From assembly GCA_964291625.2 (NCBI GenBank), contig OZ220089.1:2048001-2112000 (forward strand): a stretch of 64,000 nt of DNA, written 5' to 3'. The stretch's first letter is position 1, and each line of letters starts with the position of its first letter. Under the pieces are notes generated by a model. It saw nothing but the letters and a program-made list of their open reading frames with translations, searched no databases and had not been told where the DNA came from. Position numbers and translations under genes: made by a program. Positions 10,253 to 20,204 of this stretch are shown here, piece by piece. This DNA comes from Candidatus Latescibacterota bacterium (GTDB lineage: Bacteria > Latescibacterota > UBA2968 > UBA8231).

Positions 10253-11279
10253 GGGGTCGATCCTGGAAGGAGAGGGTGTGGTTGGCGCCGAGCCGGCGGC
10301 GCAACTCGGCGGTGAGTGGGTCCGCGCTGAGGGGCTCGATCAGCTTGCGCGCCAGGGGAGGGGGGAGGGCGCCGGCGCCGTCCCGGCGCCAGCGCCCGGC
10401 CAGCAGCAGATGGTAGATCAGGTGGTGCCCGTCGAGGCAGGATCGCGACCCCTCGTCGAGGCCGCAGCCCGCGAGGCTGCCGGGGTCGAGCAGGCACGTC
10501 TCCGCCGGCCCTTCGGCGTCGGCGATCGAAGTATACTGAACGGCTCTTCGGGGGGTCCAGTCCCAGCCGATCTTGGACAACTCGAGGAAGGTCAGGCGCA
10601 CTCCGCCGGCGTCGACGACGATGTTCCCCGGCTGGTAGTCGGTGGGCCCGAGACAGGACGGGAACCGCGCCAGTCGACGGTGCAGCCGCCGCAGGGATCG
10701 TTCCGCCAGCGCCGGCCAACCGCCGCCGGGCGGCAGCAGGTCCCGCAGGACGGTGACGGCCTCCTCCCCCGCCTCCGCCCAGGCGCGCTCCAGATCCCGG
10801 CGGGAAGCCCCGGGGGCCGCCCGTCCCTCCCACTCGCCCTCCGACAGGGCCGTCTCGATGCGAACGATCCCGCGCCAGACCGCCGCCAGCCACCGGCGTC
10901 GAGTGCCCGGATCCCTCTCCACGGGCAGCACCTCGGCGAGGGTGCGCGGACCGACGTACTCGAGGAGGATGATCTGGGCCTCGGGGTCGGCGCCGAAGGC
11001 GGCAGGCACCGGAGAGCCGCGGCGGCGAAGGTGACGCAGGACCTCGACCTCGAGGCGCACCAGGTCGTGAGGCTCGCCGCGGGTCAGCAGCCCCTGGAGC
11101 TGGTGCTTGGCCACCACCCGCCCGCCGTCCGACAGATCCAGGCGCCAGACGTCTTCGGCGATCCGGTGGATGGCGGCCACCGCCGGACGGCCGGGAACCA
11201 GCCCGGGCACGACCTCTCGCAGACGGTCGTGGACCGCCGCCGTCCACTGGGCCTCGGTGGGCGGCGCGCCGGCCGCCAC
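10242..11279 (-). CDS. Aminoglycoside phosphotransferase/kinase-like protein
   Basis: VVAKH, EVEVLRHL, ILLEYVG, DYQPGNIVV (Brenner-like motif); start approximate. Confidence 0.6.
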   Translation of the reverse strand: MAAGAPPTEAQWTAAVHDRLREVVPGLVPGRPAVAAIHRIAEDVWRLDLSDGGRVVAKHQLQGLLTRGEPHDLVRLEVEVLRHLRRRGSPVPAAFGADPEAQIILLEYVGPRTLAEVLPVERDPGTRRRWLAAVWRGIVRIETALSEGEWEGRAAPGASRRDLERAWAEAGEEAVTVLRDLLPPGGGWPALAERSLRRLHRRLARFPSCLGPTDYQPGNIVVDAGGVRLTFLELSKIGWDWTPRRAVQYTSIADAEGPAETCLLDPGSLAGCGLDEGSRSCLDGHHLIYHLLLAGRWRRDGAGALPPPLARKLIEPLSADPLTAELRRRLGANHTLSFQDRPRER

Positions 11280-11647
11280 TAATCGAAGAGGATGACCTGA
11301 GCGACCACCTTGCCGGCCTGGCAGTTGTGGCCGGGGTGGTCGTTCATGGCGAGAAACAGGGTGCCCTCGCAGTCGGCCAGGGTGTCGCAGCGGCTGCCCA
11401 CGGCGAAGACCGGGCCGTCGCCGATGCGGGCGATCAGGGCGCCCACGTTGGCCCCGGGCATCAGGTAGCCCTCGTCGGCGGTGTGGTTGTAGACGCCGTC
11501 TGCGCCGCACCAGGCGATCTGGTCGCGCATGTCGGGCGACCAGGTCTCCTCCACGTCGAAGACGACTCGCTGCCCCTGGCGCACCGAGATCAGGGTGTCC
11601 TGCCAGGTGGGGCTCGGCCGCACGGTTCGCAGAATGGTAAGGGCCAT
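11279..11647 (-). CDS. Hypothetical protein, LecA/PA-IL lectin-like fold
   Basis: GALIARIGDGPVFAVG...GTLFLAMND pattern. Confidence 0.45.
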   Translation of the reverse strand: MALTILRTVRPSPTWQDTLISVRQGQRVVFDVEETWSPDMRDQIAWCGADGVYNHTADEGYLMPGANVGALIARIGDGPVFAVGSRCDTLADCEGTLFLAMNDHPGHNCQAGKVVAQVILFD

Positions 11648-11699
11648 GCAGGCTACGCTAACCGTTTTCGGCAGCGGCAGCAATCACCCGAGGCCGGCC

Positions 11700-12779
11700 T
11701 CAATCCAGCTCCGGTCCCAGGCGCAGCGAGTGGGTCTTGATGAGGCAGAACACGGGCAGCCCGGGCGCCAGGCCCAGCTCTCCCACGGCCTCGGGGGTGA
11801 CCTTGACCGCCAGGCGCCGGCCCACGTCGACGTGGACCAGCCGGGTGGCGCCCACCTCGGCGATCTCCGTGACCTTCCCGGCGAGAGCGTTGCGCACGCT
11901 CAGCCCCTCGGGCGCCACCCGCGTGAGGATGACGTCGTCGGCCCGCAACCCGAGGAACAACCGCGTGCCCACCGGCCGGTCGCACCAGGGGATGCGCAGC
12001 TCCTGGCCGGCGCAGCGCGCCCGGCAGGCGCCGCTCTCCCCATCGCTGGCCACGATCTCCACGGGCAGGACGTTCTCGAAGCCGAACTCGTCGACGAGAG
12101 GCAGCACCCTCGGGTCGGAGGCGATGCGGAAGAAATCGCCGTGGGCGACGACGCGCCCCCGGTCGAGGACGATCACCTCGCGGGTCAGCTCCAGGATCTC
12201 CGCCGCCGAGTGGCTGACGTAGAGGACGGGGATTCCGAGGTCGGAGCGCACGTGCCGCAGGTAGGGGATGATGCGGCTCTTGAGGCCCTGGTCGAGGGAG
12301 GCCAGGGGCTCGTCCATCAGCAGCAGCCGCGGCGAGGCCAGCAGCGCCCGGCCCAGGGCCACGCGCTGGCCCTCGCCGCCGGACAGGTTCCGCGGCCTGC
12401 GGTCGAGGAGCGGTCCGATCTCGAGCAGTTCGGCGATCCGCCCGGGCTCGAAGCGTCGCTGCGCCGCCGGCAGCAGGTCGTAGCCGAAGCGCAGGTTGTC
12501 CCCCACGCTCAGGTGCGGAAACAGCAGGTCCTGCTGGAAGACGCAGCCCAGCCGCCGCGCCTCCGGGGGCAGGTCGATGCCGGTCTCGGCATCGTAGAGG
12601 ACCTCGCCGTCCAGCTCGACGCGGCCGGCCTCCGGCCGCAGCAGACCGGCGACCATGTTGAGCAGCGAGGTCTTGCCGCTTCCGGAGGGCCCGAAGACGG
12701 CGGTGGCCGCACCCCCGCAACGGACGTCCAGGTCGAACTCGAAGTCCGCCAGGCGGCGCCTCAGGCGCAGGGTCAGCAC
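11700..12779 (-). CDS. modC: Molybdate ABC transporter ATP-binding protein
   Basis: GPSGSGKT, LSGGEGQRVA, MDEPLASLD, C-terminal TOBE-like SVRNAL. Confidence 0.94.
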   Translation of the reverse strand: MLTLRLRRRLADFEFDLDVRCGGAATAVFGPSGSGKTSLLNMVAGLLRPEAGRVELDGEVLYDAETGIDLPPEARRLGCVFQQDLLFPHLSVGDNLRFGYDLLPAAQRRFEPGRIAELLEIGPLLDRRPRNLSGGEGQRVALGRALLASPRLLLMDEPLASLDQGLKSRIIPYLRHVRSDLGIPVLYVSHSAAEILELTREVIVLDRGRVVAHGDFFRIASDPRVLPLVDEFGFENVLPVEIVASDGESGACRARCAGQELRIPWCDRPVGTRLFLGLRADDVILTRVAPEGLSVRNALAGKVTEIAEVGATRLVHVDVGRRLAVKVTPEAVGELGLAPGLPVFCLIKTHSLRLGPELD

Positions 12780-12783
12780 GGCT

Positions 12784-13458
12784 TCACCCGCGCTTCCTGC
12801 GGCGCGCCGCCCACTCGCTGCCCAGCAGGGCCGCCAGCGACACGGCCACCGAGATCCACACCAGCCGCAGGGCGGCCGCCTCGCCGCCGGGCTGGTTGAG
12901 GCTGGTGTAGATGGCCAGCGGGATCGTGCGAGTCTCGCCCGGAATGTTGGCGGCGAAGGTGATGGTGGCCCCGAACTCGCCGAGGCTGCGGGCGAAGGCG
13001 AGCAGTGCGCCCACCCAGAGCCCGGACGCCGCCAGCGGCAGGGTGACGGTGAGGAAGGCCCGCACCCGCCCCGCCCCGAGGGTCCGCGCCATCCCCTCCA
13101 GGCGCGGGTCCACGTCCTCGATGGCCAGCCGCACCGCCCTCAGGGACAGGGGAAAGGCGACCACCGCCGAGGCCAGGGCCGCCCCCTTCCAGTCGAAGGC
13201 CAGGGACAGTCCGATACCGTCCAGCAGAGGCCCCAGGAGCCCCCGCTTTCCGAACAGGCGCAGCAGCAGGTAGCCGGTGACCACGGGCGGCAGTACCAGG
13301 GGCAGGTGGCAGAGTCCGTCCAGGACGAACTTGCCGGGGAAGTCGCGCCGCGCCAGCAGCCATCCCAGGGCGACCGCCGCGGGCAGGCTGAGGAGGACGC
13401 AGGCCAGGGCCACGCGCAGCGACAGCCCCAGCACCTCCCACTCCTGGGGGGTGAGCAA
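12784..13458 (-). CDS. modB: Molybdate ABC transporter permease
   Basis: LPLVLPPVVTGY, FARSLGEFGATI, TRTIPLAIY. Confidence 0.94.
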   Translation of the reverse strand: MLTPQEWEVLGLSLRVALACVLLSLPAAVALGWLLARRDFPGKFVLDGLCHLPLVLPPVVTGYLLLRLFGKRGLLGPLLDGIGLSLAFDWKGAALASAVVAFPLSLRAVRLAIEDVDPRLEGMARTLGAGRVRAFLTVTLPLAASGLWVGALLAFARSLGEFGATITFAANIPGETRTIPLAIYTSLNQPGGEAAALRLVWISVAVSLAALLGSEWAARRRKRG

Positions 13459-13462
13459 AGGG

Positions 13463-14269
13463 CTACTCCACCGGGGGCGGAGGGTCGCCGCCGAGGACGG
13501 TGAAGCCGTGCCGGCGGAAGACCGCCGCCGCCGCGGTCGACCGCAGCCGCCCGAGAAGCTCCCGCACCGCCGGGGAGTCTCGGCCGGCGGCCACCGCCGC
13601 GGGATAGCGGATCGGCGCGTGCAGACTGTCCGCCAGTTCCGCCGCCACCCGCACCCGCCGGCTGACGGCGGCATCGGTGGCGTACACGACGCCGGCCTCG
13701 CACTCGCCGCGCTCGACGTAGAGAAGGGCGGCGCGCACATCGGGGGCCGGGGCGAGTCGGTGCTTCAGCGCCGGCCACCAGCCCAGGGCCCGCAGCGCCT
13801 GGCGGGCGTAGATCCCGGCCGGGACGTGGTCGGGATCGCCCAGGGCCAGGCGCCCACGGAAGGCTCCCGCCAGGTCGAACCCGGGCCGGGGCTCGACCTC
13901 CAGGCCGCTGCCCGCCGGCGTGACCACCACCAGGCGGTTGGCGAGCAGGTCGAAGCGCGTCCCGGCGTCGATGCGCCCCTTCTCCTGGAGGTAGTCCATC
14001 CACCGCGGATTGGCCGACACGAAGAGATCGGCGGGGGCGCCAGCATCGATCTGCCGCGCCAGCGACGAGGAGCCGGCAAAGGAGAGCCGCACCCGCGGGA
14101 AGGTGTGGCGCGGCAGGATCTCGGTGAGCGCGCTGGTCAGGCTGGCGGCGGCGAAGAGCCCCACCGCCGACCCTCCGTGGGCCGACTCCTGCGCCCAGGT
14201 ATCGGCGGCGGCCAAGTGGAGGACAGCGGCCAGGCGCAGTGCCTGCGCCCACCGGCGGGGGACGGTCAC
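13463..14269 (-). CDS. modA: Molybdate ABC transporter substrate-binding protein
   Basis: FAAASL, FAGSSSLARQI, ADLFVSA, HVPAGIYA, VYATDA; GGAGG SD before GTG. Confidence 0.93.
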   Translation of the reverse strand: MTVPRRWAQALRLAAVLHLAAADTWAQESAHGGSAVGLFAAASLTSALTEILPRHTFPRVRLSFAGSSSLARQIDAGAPADLFVSANPRWMDYLQEKGRIDAGTRFDLLANRLVVVTPAGSGLEVEPRPGFDLAGAFRGRLALGDPDHVPAGIYARQALRALGWWPALKHRLAPAPDVRAALLYVERGECEAGVVYATDAAVSRRVRVAAELADSLHAPIRYPAAVAAGRDSPAVRELLGRLRSTAAAAVFRRHGFTVLGGDPPPPVE

Positions 14270-14370
14270 GGGGCCTCCAGGCAAGGGTCCACGGAGCCCG
14301 GCAGAGATTGCGGCCCCCGGCCGCAAGCGTCAATGGCCGGGGGCTTCCCCCCGCGCTACCTTCCCGCCCC

Positions 14371-15441
14371 ATGTCACCCGGACCTCTCGACTCTCTCGAC
14401 CTCCTCACCGGGATGCTGCAAGTCCCTTGCCCCTCCGGCCGCGAGGAGCGCATGGCGGCCTTTCTGGCCGGCGAGCTGAGCGCCCTCGGCGCCAGGCCCC
14501 GCCAGGACGGCCAGGGCAACCTCTGGGTCGAGATCGCCGGCCGCGATCCGGGACCCGGGGTGGCCATCGCCAGTCACACCGACGAGATCGGCATGGTAGT
14601 CACCGCGGTGGAGGCCGACGGCGCCCTTCGCGTGCAGCGCTCCGGCGGGCTCCACCCCTTCAAGCTCGGCGAGGGGCCGGTGGTGCTCGTCGCCGACGGC
14701 GGCGACGTGCCCGCTCACCTGAGCTTCGGCTCCACCCACACCAGCGATCCCGAAGATCCGATGACCGGGTTCGCCCAGGGCCGCCACGGAATCACCTGGG
14801 CGCACACCCGCCTGATCACCGGGCGGTCCCCCCGGGAACTGGCCGACCTGGGGGTCCGGGTGGGCACCTGCGCCGTGCCGTCGGCCGGCGTGCGGGGGCC
14901 GAACGTCTTCGGCCCCGAGGAGGATCCCCTGGTCTCGGCCTGGATCTTCGACAACCGCGGCGGCAGCCTGACGCTGCTCAAGCTGTATGAGCGCCTGCGG
15001 CAGGCCGGCCTCGAGCCGAGGCGGACCCTGCACCTCTGCTTCCTCGTTCAGGAGGAGACGGGACTCCTGGGCGCCAGGGGCTGGGTGCGCCGCAACGAGG
15101 TGGAGACCTTCATCGCCGTCGACTCCACGCCCATGCCGCGGGGCACCTCCCTCGAGCTCGACGGGAGGCCCGCCACCTGGTCGCGCGACAGCCGGGTCCA
15201 CTTCCACCAGGGCCTGATCGCGGAGCTGGACGAGGCCGCCGTTCGCGCCGGGACGGGCCTTCAGTACGCCGTCTACTCGGCCGCCGCATCCGACGCCACC
15301 GGCGTGCTCGAGGCCGGCGGCGCCCCCCGCTGCGCCACCATCGGCTATCCGCGGGAGAACTCCCACGGCTACGAGGTTGTGCGCTGGACGGTCTTCGACA
15401 ATCTGGAACGGACCCTCTTCGAGTACGTCGCCGCCCTCTGA
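14371..15441 (+). CDS. M42/M20 family metallopeptidase
   Basis: PSGREE, SHTDEIG, FDNRGG, VQEETG, NSHGYE. Confidence 0.85.
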   Translation: MSPGPLDSLDLLTGMLQVPCPSGREERMAAFLAGELSALGARPRQDGQGNLWVEIAGRDPGPGVAIASHTDEIGMVVTAVEADGALRVQRSGGLHPFKLGEGPVVLVADGGDVPAHLSFGSTHTSDPEDPMTGFAQGRHGITWAHTRLITGRSPRELADLGVRVGTCAVPSAGVRGPNVFGPEEDPLVSAWIFDNRGGSLTLLKLYERLRQAGLEPRRTLHLCFLVQEETGLLGARGWVRRNEVETFIAVDSTPMPRGTSLELDGRPATWSRDSRVHFHQGLIAELDEAAVRAGTGLQYAVYSAAASDATGVLEAGGAPRCATIGYPRENSHGYEVVRWTVFDNLERTLFEYVAAL

Positions 15442-15450
15442 AGGCCGCCC

Positions 15451-16812
15451 TTGGAGCTCGCCGCTCTGCAGGACCGCCGCCTGGCCCTCCTGGGTCTCGG
15501 CGTCGAGAACCAGGCCCTGGGCCGCTGGCTGGCCTCTCGGGGACTCGGCTTCGCCGTCTGCGATGCAGATCCCGCCCGCCGCCTCGATGGTGACCCCTGG
15601 AAGGGGGCGGTCCGGAACTGGCGCCTCGGTCCCGGGTGCTTCGACCGACTCCACGACTTCGATCTGCTCTTCCGCTCCCCCGGCATCCCGGCCCTGCGCC
15701 CGGAGCTGGAGCAGGCCCGCCGGCGCGGCACGGAGGTCAGCAGCCAGACCGCGCTCTTCCTCGAACGCTGCCCGGCGCCGGTGATCGGCATCACCGGGAC
15801 CAAGGGCAAGGGCACGACCGCCTCCCTCCTGGACTCGATCCTGCGGCGGGAGCCCGGTCTGTCCCCACACCTGGGGGGCAACATCGGAATACCGCCCGTC
15901 AGCTTCCTCGACGACCTGTCCGCTGCAGACGTGGTCGTGCTGGAGCTCTCCAGCTTCCAGCTCCAGGATCTGGATCGAAGCCCCCACGGGGCCGTGATCC
16001 TGCCCGTAACCCTCGACCATCTCGACTACCACGCCAGCCGGGCGGAGTACGTCGAAGCCAAGGCGGCGATCTGCCGCGGCCAGGGCCGCGGCGACTGGGT
16101 CCTCTCCAACGCCGACGACGCCACCGCCGGCGAGCTCGCCGCGCGGAGCCCTGGACGGAGCCTCGGGTTCCGGGCCGCGCCGCCCCTGGAGGGCGATGGC
16201 TGCTGGAGCGAGGGGGGCGAGATCCGCTGGCGGGAGGACGGCCGGGTCGAGAGCCTGGCCGCGGTGAGCGATCTCCGTCTGCGGGGGACCCACAACCTCG
16301 CCAACGCCTGCGCCGCCGCCGGGGCGGCGCGCCTGTGCGGCGCTTCCGCCGCGGCCGTCGGACAGGGTCTGAGCGCCGTCGAGTCCCTCCCGCACCGCCT
16401 CGAGGAGGTGGCAGAGCGGGGCGGCGTGCTGTTCGTCAACGACTCCCTGGCGACGACGCCGGAGGCGGCGGCGGCGGGCCTGGCGGCGTATGCCGGCCGA
16501 GCGGTGGTCCTCATCGCCGGGGGAGCCTCCAAGGGCGGGACCTTCGAAGGACTGGGAACCGCCATCGCCCGGTCGGCGGCGGCCCTGGTGACCCTGGGAG
16601 AGGAGGGTCCGGCCATCGCCGCCGCCGCCAGGGCCGCCGGATTCCGCGGACCGGAGGCCGCCGACTGCCCGTCCATGGAGGCGGCGGTCCACGGGGCCGC
16701 CGGGCTGGCCCCGGCCGGCGGCGTCGTGCTGCTGTCGCCGGGCTGCGCCAGCTTCGGCATGTTCTCCGGCTATGCCGCCCGGGGAGAGGCCTTCAGGGCC
16801 GCCGTCGGTTGA
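15451..16812 (+). CDS. murD: UDP-N-acetylmuramoyl-L-alanine--D-glutamate ligase
   Basis: RSPGIP, GITGTKGKGTT, GGNIG, LELSSFQL, DHLDYH, LPHRLE, NDSLAT, LSPGCASF. Confidence 0.95.
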   Translation: MELAALQDRRLALLGLGVENQALGRWLASRGLGFAVCDADPARRLDGDPWKGAVRNWRLGPGCFDRLHDFDLLFRSPGIPALRPELEQARRRGTEVSSQTALFLERCPAPVIGITGTKGKGTTASLLDSILRREPGLSPHLGGNIGIPPVSFLDDLSAADVVVLELSSFQLQDLDRSPHGAVILPVTLDHLDYHASRAEYVEAKAAICRGQGRGDWVLSNADDATAGELAARSPGRSLGFRAAPPLEGDGCWSEGGEIRWREDGRVESLAAVSDLRLRGTHNLANACAAAGAARLCGASAAAVGQGLSAVESLPHRLEEVAERGGVLFVNDSLATTPEAAAAGLAAYAGRAVVLIAGGASKGGTFEGLGTAIARSAAALVTLGEEGPAIAAAARAAGFRGPEAADCPSMEAAVHGAAGLAPAGGVVLLSPGCASFGMFSGYAARGEAFRAAVG

Positions 16813-16903
16813 CACCGGCCCGAGGCGGGAGAGGCCGACCGGCGGGACTCCGCTGCTGGATCCCGACGAACCCGCGCCGCCCGAACCGGGGACGCTTTTT
16901 CCC

Positions 16904-16933
16904 TTGACATTGTGCCAGAGCCCCGGATAGGTT
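16904..16933 (+). promoter_or_regulatory. Sigma70-type promoter
   Basis: TTGACA (16904-16909), 18-nt spacer, TAGGTT (16928-16933); T-tract upstream. Confidence 0.55.
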
Positions 16934-16939
16934 GATCCG

Positions 16940-17348
16940 CGTTGCATCGGAACTCACCAGATGGACTTCGGGGAGCTTTCAAGAGCCGGATGATCAGCCG
17001 AATCCCACATTCCCCCTCGCACCCGATCAGGTTTACGGGTCAGCAGGCGGCGTTCTCCGGGACGACCGCCCCCTCCGCCTCTGGCGGCTGCCGGGGCGTA
17101 TCGGGCCCGGCCGAAGGGGGGATGGGGTTCCACCGGCTCCACAGGAACGAGATCACCCCGATGACCGTCCCCGGTTCCACCGTGGGCGGGGCGGTCATCA
17201 AGCCCCGGACGGGGCCTGCAGCGGGAGGAGATCCCGGAGGTTGAATCGCTGAAGCGACAGCGACGACAGCCGTGGGGATCGGATCCCAACGGCTTTTGCC
17301 AGCCGGCTGCAGGCTCCCGCAAGGGGAACACCTGCAGCCGGTTTTTTT
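16940..17348 (+). ncRNA. Candidate large structured non-coding RNA of unknown class
   Basis: Bounded by a promoter and an intrinsic terminator; consecutive hairpins; no credible ORF. Confidence 0.45.
17302..17348 (+). terminator. Intrinsic terminator
   Basis: GCCGGCTGCAGG...CCTGCAGCCGG stem followed by T7. Confidence 0.8.
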
Positions 17349-17641
17349 GTTGCATCCGGAGTCCGCCGGGGTCGCTCCCCACGGACTCCGAAGAAGCGCG
17401 GGACCCGCGATCGGTACGGCACGCGGGCCGGCGCCGGAACCTCCGTCGACGGATGGGGGTTCACAATTCGGGGGCGGTGTCCGCAGGACCGGGCCCACTC
17501 ACCGCCCGCCGGCATCCACCCGCCCGGCGGGGTCACGGCTGCTGGAACAGGAGGCCAGCGTCGTCCCGCCCGAACTCGCGAACCCCCCGCGGCGGCGAGA
17601 CCGCGGCGACGTTCGCATGCATCGCGAGAGGAAGGAGACCG

Positions 17642-17824
17642 ATGCAGAAGGTCCCGAGAGAGTGGATCGAAAGAGCAGCCCGGGTCTACAACAGCAACGC
17701 CGAGGCCAGCAAGGCTCTTGGCATCGCGGGGGGCACCTTCGGCCGCCTCTGCCGCCAGTACGGAATCGAGACTCCCTTCGCCCGCCAGCGCAACGCCCGC
17801 CAGGCGGCGCGGTCCCGGGCCTAG
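17642..17824 (+). CDS. Small 60-aa Fis-like helix-turn-helix protein
   Basis: AGGAGA SD; YNSNAEASKALGIAGGTFGRLCRQYGI resembles the Fis HTH. Confidence 0.75.
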   Translation: MQKVPREWIERAARVYNSNAEASKALGIAGGTFGRLCRQYGIETPFARQRNARQAARSRA

Positions 17825-17951
17825 GAGACACGGACCCGGCTCCGACGCGAGAGCCGGAGAGAGGGCTGCCCCCGGCAGCCGCGAGACAATCCTCGACCAA
17901 CGCCCGCCGGTCCGGGCGCCACCGGGCCGGCGGGCGCTACTTTTCCGCACC

Positions 17952-20204
17952 ATGACGAGCCCACCCCCCCGACTGATCGAGGCCGCCTCTCCCGAGGTCG
18001 AGGCCAGGCTCCAGGCGGCCCTGGGCCGGGAGGAGGCCCTGATCCAGGTCCAGACCGACATGGCGGCGGACGGCAGGGCCTTCGGCTGCCGCTGGCTGGC
18101 CGCCTCCTCCCGCCGCATCGTCGTCGTCGACGAGGCCTCGGCCAACGGCGCCCTGTCGATCCCGATGGCGGAGGTGGCGCGGGTGCGCACCGAGCCCCTC
18201 GTCGGCGGTGGACGGCTCGAGATCGAGCGCCGCTCGGCCCCGACGGTGGCGATCCCCTACACCCGGTCGATGGCGGAGAAGCTCTCCGAGGCGGCCCGGG
18301 GGCTGGAGCAGCTGCGCGCCGGCGAGCCCTTTCTCATCACCCCCCGCCTCGCGCGCCTGAGGTGCGAGAAGTGCTCGCGCCTGCTGCCGGAACAGGACGG
18401 GATCTGTCCGGCCTGCATCCGCAAGTGGTCGACCCTCAAGCGCATCGCGCGCTACATGGCGCCGTACCCCTGGAAGGTCGTGACCCTGGCCATCGCCTCC
18501 CTGGTGACCACCGGCGCGGAACTGGCGTCACCGCTGGTGATCCGGCATCTCATCGACGAGGTCCTGGTGCCCCCGCCCACGGACGGCAGCCCGGCAGATC
18601 CGGAGTCCCGCCTCCGGCTGCTCGGCCTTCTGGTTCTGGCCCTGGTGGGGATCCGCCTGGTCAGCTGGGCCGCCGAGTGGGTCCACGGGTGGATCGCCGC
18701 CTGGCTCGGCGCCCGGTCCACGGCCGACATCCGCGGCGAGCTCTACCGCCGGCTGGAGATGTTGTCGCTGCAGTTCTACGACAAGCGCAAGGTCGGAGCC
18801 CTCATGTCGCGGGTCACGCGCGACACGGGCCGGCTCCAGGACTTCCTCGTCGATGGCCTCCCCTACCTGATCATCAACAGTCTGATCATCTTCGTCATCC
18901 TCGGCATCCTGCTCTGGCTGAGTTGGGAGCTGACGATCTACGCGCTGATCCCGGTTCCCTTCATCATGATGTGGGGCGCCTTGTTCTGGAAGCGCCTGCG
19001 CCGGCTGTTCACACGCTGGGGCGAGATGTGGTCGAACCTGACCGATCGCACCGCCGAAGCCCTCACCGGCATCCGGGTGGTCAAGGCCTTCGCCCAGGAG
19101 GGCCGTGAGATCGGCGCCTTTGCGCGCCTGAATCGCAGGATCACCGGGATCAGCGTGCGCACCGGCGTGAACCGCACCGTGTTCTTCGCCACCATCTCCT
19201 TCCTCACCGGCCTCGGCGCGATCATCATCTGGTACTTCGGCGGCCAGGAGGTGATCGCCGGCGAGCTGACCCTCGGCACCCTGCTGGCCGTCAGCTGGTG
19301 CATGGTGAGGATCTATGAGCCCCTGGAGTGGTTCGGCCAGGTCAACTCCTGGATGACGCGTGCCTTCGCCGGCGCCGAGCGCGTCTTCGAGGTCATCGAC
19401 ACGGTCCCCGAGTCGTACGACGACGCCCGGGCCGTGCGCATGCCCGGGATGCGGGGACGGATCCGGTTCGCGGACACGACCTTCGGCTACGACAAGAGCA
19501 AGCCCGTCCTCAAGGGCATCGACCTCGACGTGGGCGCCGAGGAGATGATCGGACTCGTGGGGCGCTCCGGGGTCGGCAAGACGACGACGGTGAACCTCAT
19601 CGCCCGGTTCTACGATGTCGATCACGGCTCCATCGAGATCGACGGCGTCGACATCCGGCGCATCAACCTGCGCGACCTGCGGCGCCAGATCGGCATCGTC
19701 TCCCAGGAGCCGGTCCTGTTCTCCGGCACCATCGCCGAGAACATCGGCTACGGCAAGCCGGGAGCGAAATTCGAGGAGATCATGGCCGCCGCCCGGCTGG
19801 CCAACGCCCACAACTTCATCGTCGCCAAGCCTGACGGCTACGAGACCCAGGTCGGAGAGCAGGGCAACAGCCTCTCCGGCGGCGAGCGCCAGCGGGTGGC
19901 CATCGCCCGGGCCATGCTCCACGACCCGAAGATCCTGATCCTCGACGAGGCGACCTCGTCGGTGGACGTGGAGACGGAGAAGCAGATCCAGCAGGCCGTG
20001 CACCGCATGGTCCAGGGCCGCACCACCTTCGCCATCGCCCACAGGCTGTCGACCCTGAGGGACGCGGAGCGCCTGGTGGTGCTGGAGGAGGGACGGATCG
20101 TCGAGGTCGGCAGCCACGCGGAGCTGATGGAGCGGCGCGGCGTCTTCCACGACCTCGTGCGGATGCAGCAGGAGGCCTCGAGGATCATCGCCGTCGCCGA
20201 ATGA
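17952..20204 (+). CDS. ABC transporter (fused TMD+NBD) with N-terminal extension and CxxC..CxxC
   Basis: GRSGVGKT, LSGGERQRVAIAR, ILDEATS, IAHRLST; CEKC..CPAC. Confidence 0.92.
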   Translation: MTSPPPRLIEAASPEVEARLQAALGREEALIQVQTDMAADGRAFGCRWLAASSRRIVVVDEASANGALSIPMAEVARVRTEPLVGGGRLEIERRSAPTVAIPYTRSMAEKLSEAARGLEQLRAGEPFLITPRLARLRCEKCSRLLPEQDGICPACIRKWSTLKRIARYMAPYPWKVVTLAIASLVTTGAELASPLVIRHLIDEVLVPPPTDGSPADPESRLRLLGLLVLALVGIRLVSWAAEWVHGWIAAWLGARSTADIRGELYRRLEMLSLQFYDKRKVGALMSRVTRDTGRLQDFLVDGLPYLIINSLIIFVILGILLWLSWELTIYALIPVPFIMMWGALFWKRLRRLFTRWGEMWSNLTDRTAEALTGIRVVKAFAQEGREIGAFARLNRRITGISVRTGVNRTVFFATISFLTGLGAIIIWYFGGQEVIAGELTLGTLLAVSWCMVRIYEPLEWFGQVNSWMTRAFAGAERVFEVIDTVPESYDDARAVRMPGMRGRIRFADTTFGYDKSKPVLKGIDLDVGAEEMIGLVGRSGVGKTTTVNLIARFYDVDHGSIEIDGVDIRRINLRDLRRQIGIVSQEPVLFSGTIAENIGYGKPGAKFEEIMAAARLANAHNFIVAKPDGYETQVGEQGNSLSGGERQRVAIARAMLHDPKILILDEATSSVDVETEKQIQQAVHRMVQGRTTFAIAHRLSTLRDAERLVVLEEGRIVEVGSHAELMERRGVFHDLVRMQQEASRIIAVAE

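Noticed and set aside
16940-17348. tmRNA, RNase P RNA, T-box or tRNA identity for the structured region
   Set aside because: No GAGGAAAGTCC core, no tRNA-like ends with a tag ORF, and no T-box motif seen; the 100-aa ORFs here lack SD and coding-like composition.
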